Below, piece by piece: positions 39,722 through 49,371 of a DNA stretch of 64,000 bases. Each line of letters starts with the position of its first letter. The first letter of the stretch is position 1. The stretch is from Candidatus Bathyarchaeota archaeon (GTDB lineage Archaea > Thermoproteota > Bathyarchaeia > 40CM-2-53-6), in the NCBI GenBank assembly GCA_963726255.1, contig CAVSBL010000002.1:896001-960000 (forward strand), read 5' to 3'. The position numbers and the translations under genes were made by a program. A model generated the notes under the pieces. That model saw only the letters and a list, made by a program, of their open reading frames with translations, was not told where the DNA came from and did no database searches.

Positions 39722-39883
39722 TTGGTGAAATGTCTCAAATGCGGCGGCGAAGTTGCAGGACCAGCGAAAGAATGGGATATGCATCCCAAAGATGGACGAG
39801 GACCGGCGCTACACATCAAGCACTTCTCCTGCCCCCAATGCGGGAAGAAATTCAGGCTGGCAACGAAGTTAGCAGGCGCCTGA
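39722..39883 (+). CDS. Cren7-like small basic chromatin protein with two CxxC motifs
   Basis: PAKEWDMHPKDGRG..HIKHFSCPQCGKKFR resembles Cren7 P.K.W.LAPKG.KG..I..F.DP.TGK.FR; SD GAGGTGA. Confidence 0.65.
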   Translation: MVKCLKCGGEVAGPAKEWDMHPKDGRGPALHIKHFSCPQCGKKFRLATKLAGA

Positions 39884-39929
39884 CATGGAGTCCCCGCCCC
39901 CATCCTTTTTCCCGACTTCACTTGTTCGC

Positions 39930-40904
39930 TTAGACAGGTGGCGCCTGTAGCCTTCGTTTCTCACGTGGAAGCTCCGTCCATTTCACAAACTCCCGCGATG
40001 GCGGATCTTCTTCATACAGGCGTTCTCGTTGAGATTCAAGCAACTTTGGGCGGTCGCCCAAGTACCCGGCTGCGGTAACCAATTCATGCCCGGCTTCTGA
40101 GCTGGCCTGAAGCACGGATTTCGCTTCGTCCTCCCACTTCTCAGAGCGTAGCACATGATGTTCGAATATTATCTTCGGGGTTTTCCCAGCTATTCTAGAG
40201 GCGTTCTCTAACCCCTTGTGGATGGAAGCTTTGTCGACTCGGACGCCTTCCAAGTACAACGGCGGCCCTCCTAGGATTAGGGTGCCGGGTTTCTCTTTCA
40301 ATATCAGCCGAGTGGTCAGCTTAGACATAGGACCCTGAACGTCCGACGCGTGAAGCACCTTCTCCCCCTGAGATTCAATCGTCGTCATGAGAACCCACCC
40401 GAGTTCCGTTTCGTCTTCCCCGTGCGGGACCGGTTGAGAAATCTTCACCGTCGTGGCGCCAAATTCATAATCCCTGCCATCAGCCACCTCGCATTTGCTC
40501 CCGATCCGCTTCACAAACCGCTGGAACATCCATCCCCTCCTGCGCTGGTTGAAGTTGATAGCGTTCCGAATATCCTTCACAAGAACAAGCTTGTCCCGAT
40601 AGATTTGCTCAGATTCTTCAGCACTGCTCCCAAGCCAGACAGGTTCGGTGTAGTTCGGTGTGTGGTGGTCGTTGTGGTAGTGGGAGATGACTACGACATT
40701 AGCCTTCGCCGCATATTCCCTGATCCGCTTACGACATTGGTCCCGCGCACGATACTCCTGCGGGTGGGGTAGTTTTCGGAAACGTGGGCCCAACGCGACG
40801 CCTGCGTCGACCAAGATTCTCACGTCGGGCGTCTCGATGAAAGTGCACATCGACCTGACGCCTAGACTTTCAAACCCGACGGGCACTATTCGCACCGCAG
40901 GCAA
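39930..40904 (-). CDS. metallo-beta-lactamase fold hydrolase (UPF0282)
   Basis: ESLGVRSM, SHYHNDH, ASDVQGP, EHHVLR. Confidence 0.88.
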   Translation of the reverse strand: MPAVRIVPVGFESLGVRSMCTFIETPDVRILVDAGVALGPRFRKLPHPQEYRARDQCRKRIREYAAKANVVVISHYHNDHHTPNYTEPVWLGSSAEESEQIYRDKLVLVKDIRNAINFNQRRRGWMFQRFVKRIGSKCEVADGRDYEFGATTVKISQPVPHGEDETELGWVLMTTIESQGEKVLHASDVQGPMSKLTTRLILKEKPGTLILGGPPLYLEGVRVDKASIHKGLENASRIAGKTPKIIFEHHVLRSEKWEDEAKSVLQASSEAGHELVTAAGYLGDRPKLLESQRERLYEEDPPSREFVKWTELPREKRRLQAPPV

Positions 40905-41122
40905 TTTTTCGCATCAACCTTCATTCAGAGATTCTAGGTGCGACTACTGGCCGCGTTGAACATAAGCTTGCAAATTGCTTGTGTTAGATATGCAAATTAG
41001 CGGGTGTTATGCTAGCTCTATTGGCGGGCGATGACGAGTCTGGCCCAATTGATCGTAAAGTGAGATGGATCTTGAGTGCGGGAGCCCGCAGTTACTGCTA
41101 TCCTGAAGTGTAAAGCGGCGTG

Positions 41123-41599
41123 CTATTTTCCTATCATCGCTTCAGTTTCTCGAATCTGATCCTCGTAGATTTTTCTGTCTTCTTCGTCCAGTCCGGTCAA
41201 TCGGTCGAGCTGTTCGCGAGCTTTATCGAGGTGGTTCTGGGCAGCTTTGCAATCCCTGCCAATTGCATATGCCCTCGCGATAGCCTCGTACGCCGTATGC
41301 AGAGTGTCTGACAGGCCCTTTTTCTCGCAGATTTCTAGGGAGGATTTGGCGAAATGGAGGGCGAGTCGCGGTTCGTTGAGGGCTGCGTAGATTCGGGAAA
41401 TCTGCCAGTCACTAACGGCCAGGTTTCGGGGGGTTCCGACGAACGTCCAATGGTAGCGGAAGGCATGTGCCAGATGTAGCATTTGCTGCTCGTCATTAGC
41501 GTCTCTATGTTTCTTGTCCATGTAGTCCCAAGCCGCGTTGAAGCATTCCTTGGCCATCTTTCGATGAAAGTCAAGTTCACTTTTCGACATGCTGGACAC
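41123..41599 (-). CDS. conserved helical hypothetical protein
   Basis: FNAAWDY...AHAFRYHW...WQISRIYA...AYEAIARA. Confidence 0.75.
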   Translation of the reverse strand: MSSMSKSELDFHRKMAKECFNAAWDYMDKKHRDANDEQQMLHLAHAFRYHWTFVGTPRNLAVSDWQISRIYAALNEPRLALHFAKSSLEICEKKGLSDTLHTAYEAIARAYAIGRDCKAAQNHLDKAREQLDRLTGLDEEDRKIYEDQIRETEAMIGK

Positions 41600-41680
41600 T
41601 GCCTTTCGCAGCCCGCGCAGGAAGAGTCGAAAACTATTGGAAAGTTAGGCAGACAGTTTCGTGAGTGAAGCGCTCTTGCA

Positions 41681-42022
41681 CTATTCCCCGAAAAGCCAGA
41701 ATTCGTTTCCGTCGGGGTCCTTGAACATCGCGTGGTAACCCCATTCCTCTTTCTTCGGTTTCACTGTGAACTCGACCCCTTTACCGCTCATCTCCTTGTA
41801 GGCCTTGTCCAAGTCGTCCACCTGAAACGCGATGCCAGTGTTCCCCGGCTCGAGCGGCTTTGTCTCGCAGAGGTGAAGAACCGGATCGTAGCCCTTTGGG
41901 GCGACCGTAACCCAGTGGCCTTGCTTGTCGCGTATTTCTAGACCCAGTTTTTCCTTGTACCAATCAGCAGATTTGTTTGCGTCGGACACGATAACGGCTA
42001 TGTCAATTATCGACTTAATCAT
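41681..42022 (-). CDS. VOC/glyoxalase family protein
   Basis: IAVIVSD, IAFQVDDLD, FKDPDGN. Confidence 0.9.
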   Translation of the reverse strand: MIKSIIDIAVIVSDANKSADWYKEKLGLEIRDKQGHWVTVAPKGYDPVLHLCETKPLEPGNTGIAFQVDDLDKAYKEMSGKGVEFTVKPKKEEWGYHAMFKDPDGNEFWLFGE

Positions 42023-42096
42023 TCAACAATCCTCAACGCACACTTATTGAGAGTGATTACTTAAAGGATGACGTGCCTTCCAGAGCTTGGTAGAAG

Positions 42097-43119
42097 ATGC
42101 CGCGTTTCAGGACTGGAAAGATTCCAACTGAGGTTCTCGTACATAATGTGTTTCGTTACAGGGGCGTCAGAGACCGCGCGGTGATCATGGGCTCCTCCGT
42201 AGGCGAGGACGCTGCGCTAGTCTCGCTGGGAAACAACGTACTCGTCTTGACAACGGATCCGGTCACGGGGACGGCGTCTGATATCGGATGGCTCGCGGTC
42301 CACGTTAACGCGAACGATGTGGCCTGTAGAGGTGCTAGGCCAAGATGGTTTCTGTGCGACCTCCTGCTCCCTGAAAAGTCTGGCGTCACTTTGGTGAGCA
42401 AGATTATGCGACAGGTCGACAAGGCTGCGAAACAGGTGGGCGTCGCCGTTGTCGGAGGACATACCGAGGTCACTCCTGGCCTGAAACGCCCGATTGTGGT
42501 AGGCTACATGGTTGGTGTCGTCCCGAGAAATCGTTTCGTAACATCGAGCGGTGCGCGGCCAGGCGACCAGCTCATCATGACGAAGACAGTAGGCATCGAA
42601 GGAACCGCTGTGCTAGCCTCGGACTTCGCTCACAAACTTAGGCCGAAGATAGGTGGGAAACTACTCCAGCGGGCAAAACTCATGAAGAGCTCGATTGGCG
42701 TTGTTGAAGATGCTCTAGTCGCTGTCCGGGCGGGGGGAGTTAGGGCAATGCACGACCCCACGGAAGGCGGCTTGCTTCAGGGGGTCTGGGAACTTGCGGA
42801 AGCATCCGGCGTTGGTTTCCTGATTCACGAGTCACGTATCGCAATTCGTCCGGAAACGAAACGAATATGCTCCGCATTGAAAGTGGATCCGCTGCGGCTG
42901 ATGAGCTCGGGTTGTCTACTCATATCTGCCGACAAACGGAGGAGCTGTCTGATCTTACGTCGTTTGAAGGCGAATGGGATTCAGGCTTCTATCATCGGAG
43001 TGATGATGCAACGCAGGCGAGGGAGGAAGCTGATCTTACATAACGGGAAGGCTAAGGGGATTCGTGCGTCTGAGCGGGATGAACTCTACAGGGTTATCGA
43101 ATCTGACCGAACCAAATGA
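42097..43119 (+). CDS. AIR synthase-related (HypE/PurM-like) protein
   Basis: GEDAA, NANDVA, GGHTE, MHDPTEGG. Confidence 0.88.
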   Translation: MPRFRTGKIPTEVLVHNVFRYRGVRDRAVIMGSSVGEDAALVSLGNNVLVLTTDPVTGTASDIGWLAVHVNANDVACRGARPRWFLCDLLLPEKSGVTLVSKIMRQVDKAAKQVGVAVVGGHTEVTPGLKRPIVVGYMVGVVPRNRFVTSSGARPGDQLIMTKTVGIEGTAVLASDFAHKLRPKIGGKLLQRAKLMKSSIGVVEDALVAVRAGGVRAMHDPTEGGLLQGVWELAEASGVGFLIHESRIAIRPETKRICSALKVDPLRLMSSGCLLISADKRRSCLILRRLKANGIQASIIGVMMQRRRGRKLILHNGKAKGIRASERDELYRVIESDRTK

Positions 43120-43206
43120 TGAATTGTAGTCAATCAGTTTCACCCGGCTCTCCTGTTTTTATCGCATCGGAGAACAAAAGCAGATAAGATGGGGGTAGGC
43201 TAAGCC

Positions 43207-44457
43207 ATGTCGAGAGTAGGGGCTCTCGTTCAATTGTCTTCAGATATTGTTAAGGAGACTTTGGAAAGGCCCACAGTCTTCAAAGACGAAGCGCCCCTCT
43301 CACTGGAATACATACCCCGAAAACTTCCCCACCGCGACGAGCAAATGCGTTTTCTCACCCAACTCTTCCGCTTCACGCTCGACAGCCCCTTCTCCACAAG
43401 CCAACGCGTCCTCATCACGGGCGACGTAGGAACCGGCAAGACTGTACTCGCCCAACGTTTCGGAACAGACCTTGTCAAGGCTGCGAGAAACCGCAAGGTC
43501 AACCTTCACTATGTTCACGTGAACTGCCGCGAAGCGAAAGGCAGCCTCTTCATGATCATAAAACGCGTCCTAACCCAATTCGAACCTGAATTTCCGAAAC
43601 GCGGCTTCGCACCTGAGGAACTGCTCCACACCCTCATGGACATGCTCGACGACAAGAACATACACCTCATACTCGCACTCGACGAACTCGAGCACCTAAT
43701 CAGAGTGGAAGAATCCACCCCAATCTACAACCTAACCCGCATCCAAGAGGAAAGGGTTGGCAAACCAATACGGCTCTCACTAATCTTCATACTCCGCGAA
43801 ATTGAATACCTCCAAAAACTCGACAAGAGCACCATCGACACGCTGCAACGGAATATCGTTAAACTCGACAAGTACAATTCCCGACAACTAATCGACATCC
43901 TCAAAGACCGTATTGGGTTAGCTTTCAAAGAGAACACCGTGGCCGACGAGGCGCTTCAACTCGTCGCCGACATAAGCGGCCAGAGCGGTGACGCCAGGTA
44001 CTCAATCGAACTACTCTGGCGCGCCGGAAAATACGCCGACTCCGAAAACGCGAAACACATTCTAGCCGACCATGTGCGGAAGGCTGCCGGAAGCGTTTAC
44101 CCGATGCTCCGCGGCGAATACATAGCCGCCCTATCACCACACGAAAAATACATGCTCCTCGCCCTAGCCAGGGTTCTCGGGGAATCACAGGAAGCCTACG
44201 CTACCATAGGCGTCGTTGAACGCGAGTACAAGGCCGTTTGTGAAGAATATAATGACCAACCCAGAAAGCACACTCAAATCTGGAAGTACGCGCGCGGCCT
44301 AGGCGCCATTGGCGTAATAACGGCCGAAAAATCAGGCGAAGGCGTACGCGGAAAAACAACATTACTCGGCCTACAAAACATACCAGCCTCAACCATGCGC
44401 GAGCAACTAGAAGCCGCCCTAACCACAACACGAAAGAAACGTATACCACGAAAGTAA
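43207..44457 (+). CDS. cdc6: Orc1/Cdc6 replication initiator
   Basis: YIPRKLPHR, GDVGTGKT, HVNC, LDE, GDAR, C-terminal wHTH GVRGKT. Confidence 0.93.
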   Translation: MSRVGALVQLSSDIVKETLERPTVFKDEAPLSLEYIPRKLPHRDEQMRFLTQLFRFTLDSPFSTSQRVLITGDVGTGKTVLAQRFGTDLVKAARNRKVNLHYVHVNCREAKGSLFMIIKRVLTQFEPEFPKRGFAPEELLHTLMDMLDDKNIHLILALDELEHLIRVEESTPIYNLTRIQEERVGKPIRLSLIFILREIEYLQKLDKSTIDTLQRNIVKLDKYNSRQLIDILKDRIGLAFKENTVADEALQLVADISGQSGDARYSIELLWRAGKYADSENAKHILADHVRKAAGSVYPMLRGEYIAALSPHEKYMLLALARVLGESQEAYATIGVVEREYKAVCEEYNDQPRKHTQIWKYARGLGAIGVITAEKSGEGVRGKTTLLGLQNIPASTMREQLEAALTTTRKKRIPRK

Positions 44458-44820
44458 ACCCGCTCCCAGTGACCGGCTAGAATCATGCCTGTAGTCGTCA
44501 AGGCTCGATTCGAGTATCACAAAGTTTCAAGGTTTCAATGCTACCGGGGCGTCATTAGAACCCACAGTGCGGATGCAAATGGCGGCAGGCGCGTGACTCA
44601 TTGGCTAAGCGGCGTGGACACACTACTACGGGAGCAAGGTTGCAGTTGTGTTCATGTAGATCCACATGGCTTCGCCAGGAAACCACCCCCACAGATAGTC
44701 ATGAGCCGAAATCGGGTTAAACGCCAGGACTCGGAGTCGTGATTTGCGGCAACAATAGCCCCGGACACGGCACAAGGGCTAATTTGCCCGCACGGTCTTA
44801 ATGTCAGGCGTGAGGTTTGT

Positions 44821-45270
44821 TTGCAAATGCGCCGTTTCTCCATGGTAGACATCTCACCGAAGGACGCAATAGTTAGAGAGGCAACAGCGGTCGGCGAGAT
44901 TGTGCTGAAAACAAGCACAATTTCACGCATTAAACGCGGCCGAATCGCGAAGGGCGACCCAATTGCCGCCGCAGAGGTCGCGGCAATAATGGCCGCGAAG
45001 CGCACGCCCAATCTACTTCCTTTCTGCCACTCGATTCCGATAACAGCAGTGCGAACCGAGCACTCTTTGGCGGGCAATGTGCTAAGGGTGGAATCGTACG
45101 TGAAGGGACTGGCGAAAACCGGGGTTGAGATGGAAGCGCTAACAGCTGCCGCAACCTATCTTCTCACGATTTGGGACATGGTGAAACAATACGAGAAAGA
45201 CCCCAAGGGCCAATACCCGACAACCACCATCACAAACCTCAAAGTAACAAAGAAAATCAAGCGAACATAA
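44821..45270 (+). CDS. moaC: cyclic pyranopterin monophosphate synthase
   Basis: MVDISPK, KGD, LPFCH, TGVEMEAL, IWDMVK. Confidence 0.95.
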   Translation: MQMRRFSMVDISPKDAIVREATAVGEIVLKTSTISRIKRGRIAKGDPIAAAEVAAIMAAKRTPNLLPFCHSIPITAVRTEHSLAGNVLRVESYVKGLAKTGVEMEALTAAATYLLTIWDMVKQYEKDPKGQYPTTTITNLKVTKKIKRT

Positions 45271-45804
45271 ATGACCGAAGTCCCGGAACTTCACAAGTCA
45301 TCCGCACCGAAATCGGTCGGAATCTACATCATCACCTGTAGCACATCAAAATTCAAAGAACTCAACGCTGGCCAAGAACCCAACGACACCTCTGGAGACA
45401 TAATCGAGAAGCTTGCCCGAGGCGCAGGCCATAGAATTGAAGGACGCCAATTGATTTCCGACTCTAAACCAATGATAACCAAAAGAACAAAACACGCCCT
45501 CAGGACCCATGGGGTTGACGCGGTGATCATAACCGGCGGGACAGGCTTGTCCCCGAGGGACGTTACCCCTGAGAGCATCATACCCCTAGTTGATAGGGAG
45601 ATTCCTGGTTTTGGGGAACTCTTCAGAAAAATCAGCTTCGAGACTATCGGTCCCCCTGCCCTTCTCAGCCGCGCATTCGCGGGAACGAGTAAGGGGAAAG
45701 CGATATTCTGTCTTCCCGGCTCACCGGACGCCGTTCAAACGGCCATGGAGAAGTTGATTCTTCCAGAACTTGGACACATCATCGGCGTAGCTCACGAGCA
45801 TTAA
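45271..45804 (+). CDS. moaB: molybdopterin adenylyltransferase MoaB/MogA
   Basis: TGGTGLSPRDVTPE, PGFGE, LSRA, LPGS. Confidence 0.93.
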   Translation: MTEVPELHKSSAPKSVGIYIITCSTSKFKELNAGQEPNDTSGDIIEKLARGAGHRIEGRQLISDSKPMITKRTKHALRTHGVDAVIITGGTGLSPRDVTPESIIPLVDREIPGFGELFRKISFETIGPPALLSRAFAGTSKGKAIFCLPGSPDAVQTAMEKLILPELGHIIGVAHEH

Positions 45805-47597
45805 CGCTTCTTACGGGCAGGTGCCCGCTTAGCTGTCCTAGCCGGTCTACCAGGCTTAACCTTCGCTGGCGGGGCAGCGGGGCTGCTCTTTGCTACGTAC
45901 TTCTCGTAAGCTTTCGGATCTGCGAGTGTTTGATTGCATATGCAGAATTTCAGAGAGGGGATTAGATGGCTGGGGCAGTTCTCAACAAACTCACATTCTT
46001 CACATGTGATCTTCTGCCCGTCCACGTAGCATTCCTTAATGATCTTACCCTCCACTTCAGCCGCAGCTTGCTCAGGGCGCCGGAATTTGATAGGCCTCGC
46101 CATTATGTCCGATAGCCTTTCTTCAACCGAGTCTAGGTTATCGAGCCGGCGGACAGCAAATTTGCCGCCGCTCCGATCGTAACTAATGCCCGCCCGCATG
46201 ATTTGGATGAACTTGTCCTTGCCCATGTAAGGCAACTTGAAACCTGTCGGGTCAAGAACCGCTTCAGGGCCTTTCACGGCTGGTTGCGCCTTAGATTCCG
46301 AAACCAGGAAATCTATGTCCCGTTCCTCCGCTTCCAGGCTCAGGGCAATTTCCCGCCCACGTTCCCCATCAGAGCTGAAAATGGCCACTAGGAACGGGAC
46401 AACTTCATACAACGCCTTACGTTTCGACATGTGGCATGTCCTGGCTATCCTGCGGCACAGGTGGTCCAACGCCCAAAGTCGGTACTGATAACGATCCACG
46501 ATTTTCCTCGAGAGCAATGGGGCTACATCCATCGCATGCTCTATGTCGTTATCGACCGGCTCCGTTCCCACTGAGGCCAATTCGTTCAACGCGACGGGGA
46601 GTAGACTCCATTCCGGCACAGCATCCCTGCGCGGCTGGTTGAAAGGAGGCGGCATCATCCCACGAGAACGGCTTGCACCAACTCTCCCATACCCGATATC
46701 TGCGCGGGACAAGCTGTCGTAGGCTTTCGCCAATTTGCTAGGCGTGGTGTACAGGTAGGGGAGCAAATCGTGAATGAGCAATAGCAACTCGTCGCGGTAG
46801 AGTGGAATCTCAGTCTCGTTGAGGGCCTTTCGAGCTTCGCCGAATCCGCGTGAAGCGAACAGGCCCCTTATGGTTCCTTTTTCATCCAGCTCCCTCGTCC
46901 GTTCCGGACGCAGGGTTGCTGCGCCACTGGTTGCGATGGTTTGAATATCATTGACGGCGGACCTTATGTCCCCGTGACTCTCGCTGGCAACTCGTTTCCT
47001 TACTTTCTCAGGAACTGAGCGCTCCTCTTCGGCGAGGATATGATTAGTCAGCATGAGTAGCAGGCGGGGGCGAATTTCAACAAGCGGGACGACGATGCAG
47101 GCCTTCTTGAGGTCGTCAAATTTTTCGTCGTCTACGTTGTTAGCCGTTAGGACTATTGGTACGGGCGACTGCTTGATTACTGCAAGAATTGCTCCCAATC
47201 CTCCGCGGTCTTCTCGCCCGAAGACGCCGTCCACCTCGTCCATGAGAATCATATTTCCTCGACCATCGGCGGTGAAGCTGTCGAGCGTTGAAGAGGACCT
47301 TGCGGGGGCAAGCAGGTTCTTGATGGCTTTTTCAGTCCGAATGTCGCTTGCATTCATCTCAAGCACTCGGAAGTGGAAATCGTTCGCGGCGGCTCTAGCG
47401 AGCGTTGTTTTCCCGACCCCAGGCGGCCCGACTAGGAGGCATGCCTTCGTGGGTTTCTTCTTCAAGGTCCATTGCTTCATCCAAGCCTTGAATGCTTCGA
47501 CTGATTCCTCGTTGCCTAGAAGCGTTGCTGTGGACAGGGGACGGTACTTCTCAGTCCAAGCAACTGTCTGGAGCGTTTGCACTCTACTTTCTTCCAA
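45801..47597 (-). CDS. rfcL: replication factor C large subunit
   Basis: WTEKYRP, GPPGVGKTT, EMNASD, DEVDG, GDIRSAVND. Confidence 0.92.
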   Translation of the reverse strand: MEESRVQTLQTVAWTEKYRPLSTATLLGNEESVEAFKAWMKQWTLKKKPTKACLLVGPPGVGKTTLARAAANDFHFRVLEMNASDIRTEKAIKNLLAPARSSSTLDSFTADGRGNMILMDEVDGVFGREDRGGLGAILAVIKQSPVPIVLTANNVDDEKFDDLKKACIVVPLVEIRPRLLLMLTNHILAEEERSVPEKVRKRVASESHGDIRSAVNDIQTIATSGAATLRPERTRELDEKGTIRGLFASRGFGEARKALNETEIPLYRDELLLLIHDLLPYLYTTPSKLAKAYDSLSRADIGYGRVGASRSRGMMPPPFNQPRRDAVPEWSLLPVALNELASVGTEPVDNDIEHAMDVAPLLSRKIVDRYQYRLWALDHLCRRIARTCHMSKRKALYEVVPFLVAIFSSDGERGREIALSLEAEERDIDFLVSESKAQPAVKGPEAVLDPTGFKLPYMGKDKFIQIMRAGISYDRSGGKFAVRRLDNLDSVEERLSDIMARPIKFRRPEQAAAEVEGKIIKECYVDGQKITCEECEFVENCPSHLIPSLKFCICNQTLADPKAYEKYVAKSSPAAPPAKVKPGRPARTAKRAPARKKR

Positions 47598-48563
47598 TCA
47601 CGCTCAACTGGGCCAGCATGGCACTGAGCTGAATATCCTCATTTGCACCTTGCGTCAACCTGAAATCACATTCACCGAGTGCACGCACAACCTCCGCCTG
47701 CTTGTCACCCTTAACCTCTGAGACGCGGCTAATCTCCCGGTTCGCTCCGCGGATAATCTCTCTGCCGCTCACACCATGCTTGCCCATCAACTCGTACATG
47801 GCATCTCGTGCCTTCATGAAATCCCCTTGAAGTGCAAGCTTCAGCATTTCACGAATGAGTTCACCCTGGGCTTCTGGCATGACCCTCTCGAGGGTCGCCA
47901 GGTCTAACTTTCCGCCCTTCGTGCTTGTGGCCCCAACCTGGAGGTAGTTAATCGCCCTACGAAGGTCACCTTCTGAGAGTTCGAAGACTCGTTCAACAAC
48001 TTTGGGACCTGCGTCGATTTTTTCAGATTTGCATATCTTTGCCAAGTATTCGATAGCTTCGGCTTCTTCCAATCGCCTGAATCGGAAGACTGAGCATCGG
48101 CTTTGGATGGGCTCTATGATGCCGCTTTGATAGTTGCAAATGAGAATGAAGCGGCAGGTTCTGGATGACGTTTCCATTATTCTCCTAAGCGCGGTTTGGG
48201 CGTCTCTTGTCATCTCGTCGCATTCGTCGAGGATCACAAGCCCAAACTGAACGCCCGATGGGGTGGTTTGGATTATCTGGGAGAACCCTTTGATTCTCTC
48301 GCGAACGACGCCGATACCACGTTCATCGGACGCGTTCAACTCCAACACTAGGCTGCGAAAACTTTCACCCATCAATTGACGGGCTATGCAAAGGGCAACT
48401 GTACTCTTCCCAGTCCCAGGCGGGCCCGCGAAGAGGAAGTGGGGCATCGTTGCAGGCGTTTTGAGCAACGCTTTGATTCCGTAAACTGTTTCCTTTTGAT
48501 TGACGACCTCATCGAGAGACCGAGGTCTATACTTCTCGATCCACATGACGTTGGCTTGGCTCA
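47584..48563 (-). CDS. rfcS: replication factor C small subunit
   Basis: WIEKYRP, GPPGTGKS, ELNASDERG, IQSRC; start uncertain. Confidence 0.95.
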
Positions 48564-48825
48564 ATGCTTCTCCACCGCGCGCAATTGCACGTTCGATTTC
48601 CAGTGCAGCTGAGTTTACGAACCACATTCAAAAGCCTTGGCCCAAGCAGAGCTGCGGGTACTCGCTGCACGCGAAAACGCCCTTCATACTTTCATCCTTC
48701 TCTCCCGATGCGCAAGTCGCTCCAATGGAAATCTCGACTGAATGGAAAAAAGAATTCGAGTTAAAGCATTTAACTTGGAAAAGGGCGGTTACCGGTTTGG
48801 TGTTTCATTCTTGGCGGAAGCCTTG

Positions 48826-49371
48826 ATGTCAGTCGGCGACATAGACTTTGACTTTGAAAACTCTCAGATCCGGGTAGTTGTGACCCGGGAGTTGCCTGAA
48901 ACGTCCAGGATGCCGAAATTATCCTCGGCGAAAGTCGGGCAGGAACTTGAAGTTCCTTATTGGACAGCCAAGGAACTTGTGCAGCTTGGGTACGCTAGGT
49001 TCAGGGAGGAGGATGTCCTCAACTATAACTCGATTTCAAAAATACATTGGCGAGAAACCATTCCTGCGTCGAGACAATTACCTGCGCTCCAACCGAATTT
49101 CTACTGCATGCTCAGGCGGCACCTAGGTGAACTTCGTCAAAAGAGCAAACAGGACCAGGTGAAGCTTCGGGAACTTGAGAGGACCGAAAGCTTAGTGCGC
49201 GACATTGTTAACTGTAGAGTTCGAAAGATCGTCTCCATCGCCGCATCCCCAACGCCCTCAGAGGAACTCATTCAAGGTTTGACGTACGAAGAGCGAACCC
49301 TCTATTCAACTCTCAACAGGACCATTGAGGATTGGAAGTCGAAGCTCCTTGGACAGGAATTAAACGCTTGA
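48826..49371 (+). CDS. gins23: GINS23 subunit
   Basis: EVPYWTAKEL, RVRKIV, LTYEE; stop overlaps the mcm start. Confidence 0.8.
   Translation: MSVGDIDFDFENSQIRVVVTRELPETSRMPKLSSAKVGQELEVPYWTAKELVQLGYARFREEDVLNYNSISKIHWRETIPASRQLPALQPNFYCMLRRHLGELRQKSKQDQVKLRELERTESLVRDIVNCRVRKIVSIAASPTPSEELIQGLTYEERTLYSTLNRTIEDWKSKLLGQELNA

Noticed and set aside
41031-41107. ATGACGA...CTGA C/D-like segment
   Set aside because: Degenerate boxes and atypical spacing
44460-44820. Moco riboswitch or oriC between cdc6 and moaC
   Set aside because: No recognisable Moco-motif elements or ORB repeats
47053-47721. Long antisense ORFs (this one and many 60-220 aa ones in the track)
   Set aside because: Shadow frames of well-supported genes, with no motifs or translation signals
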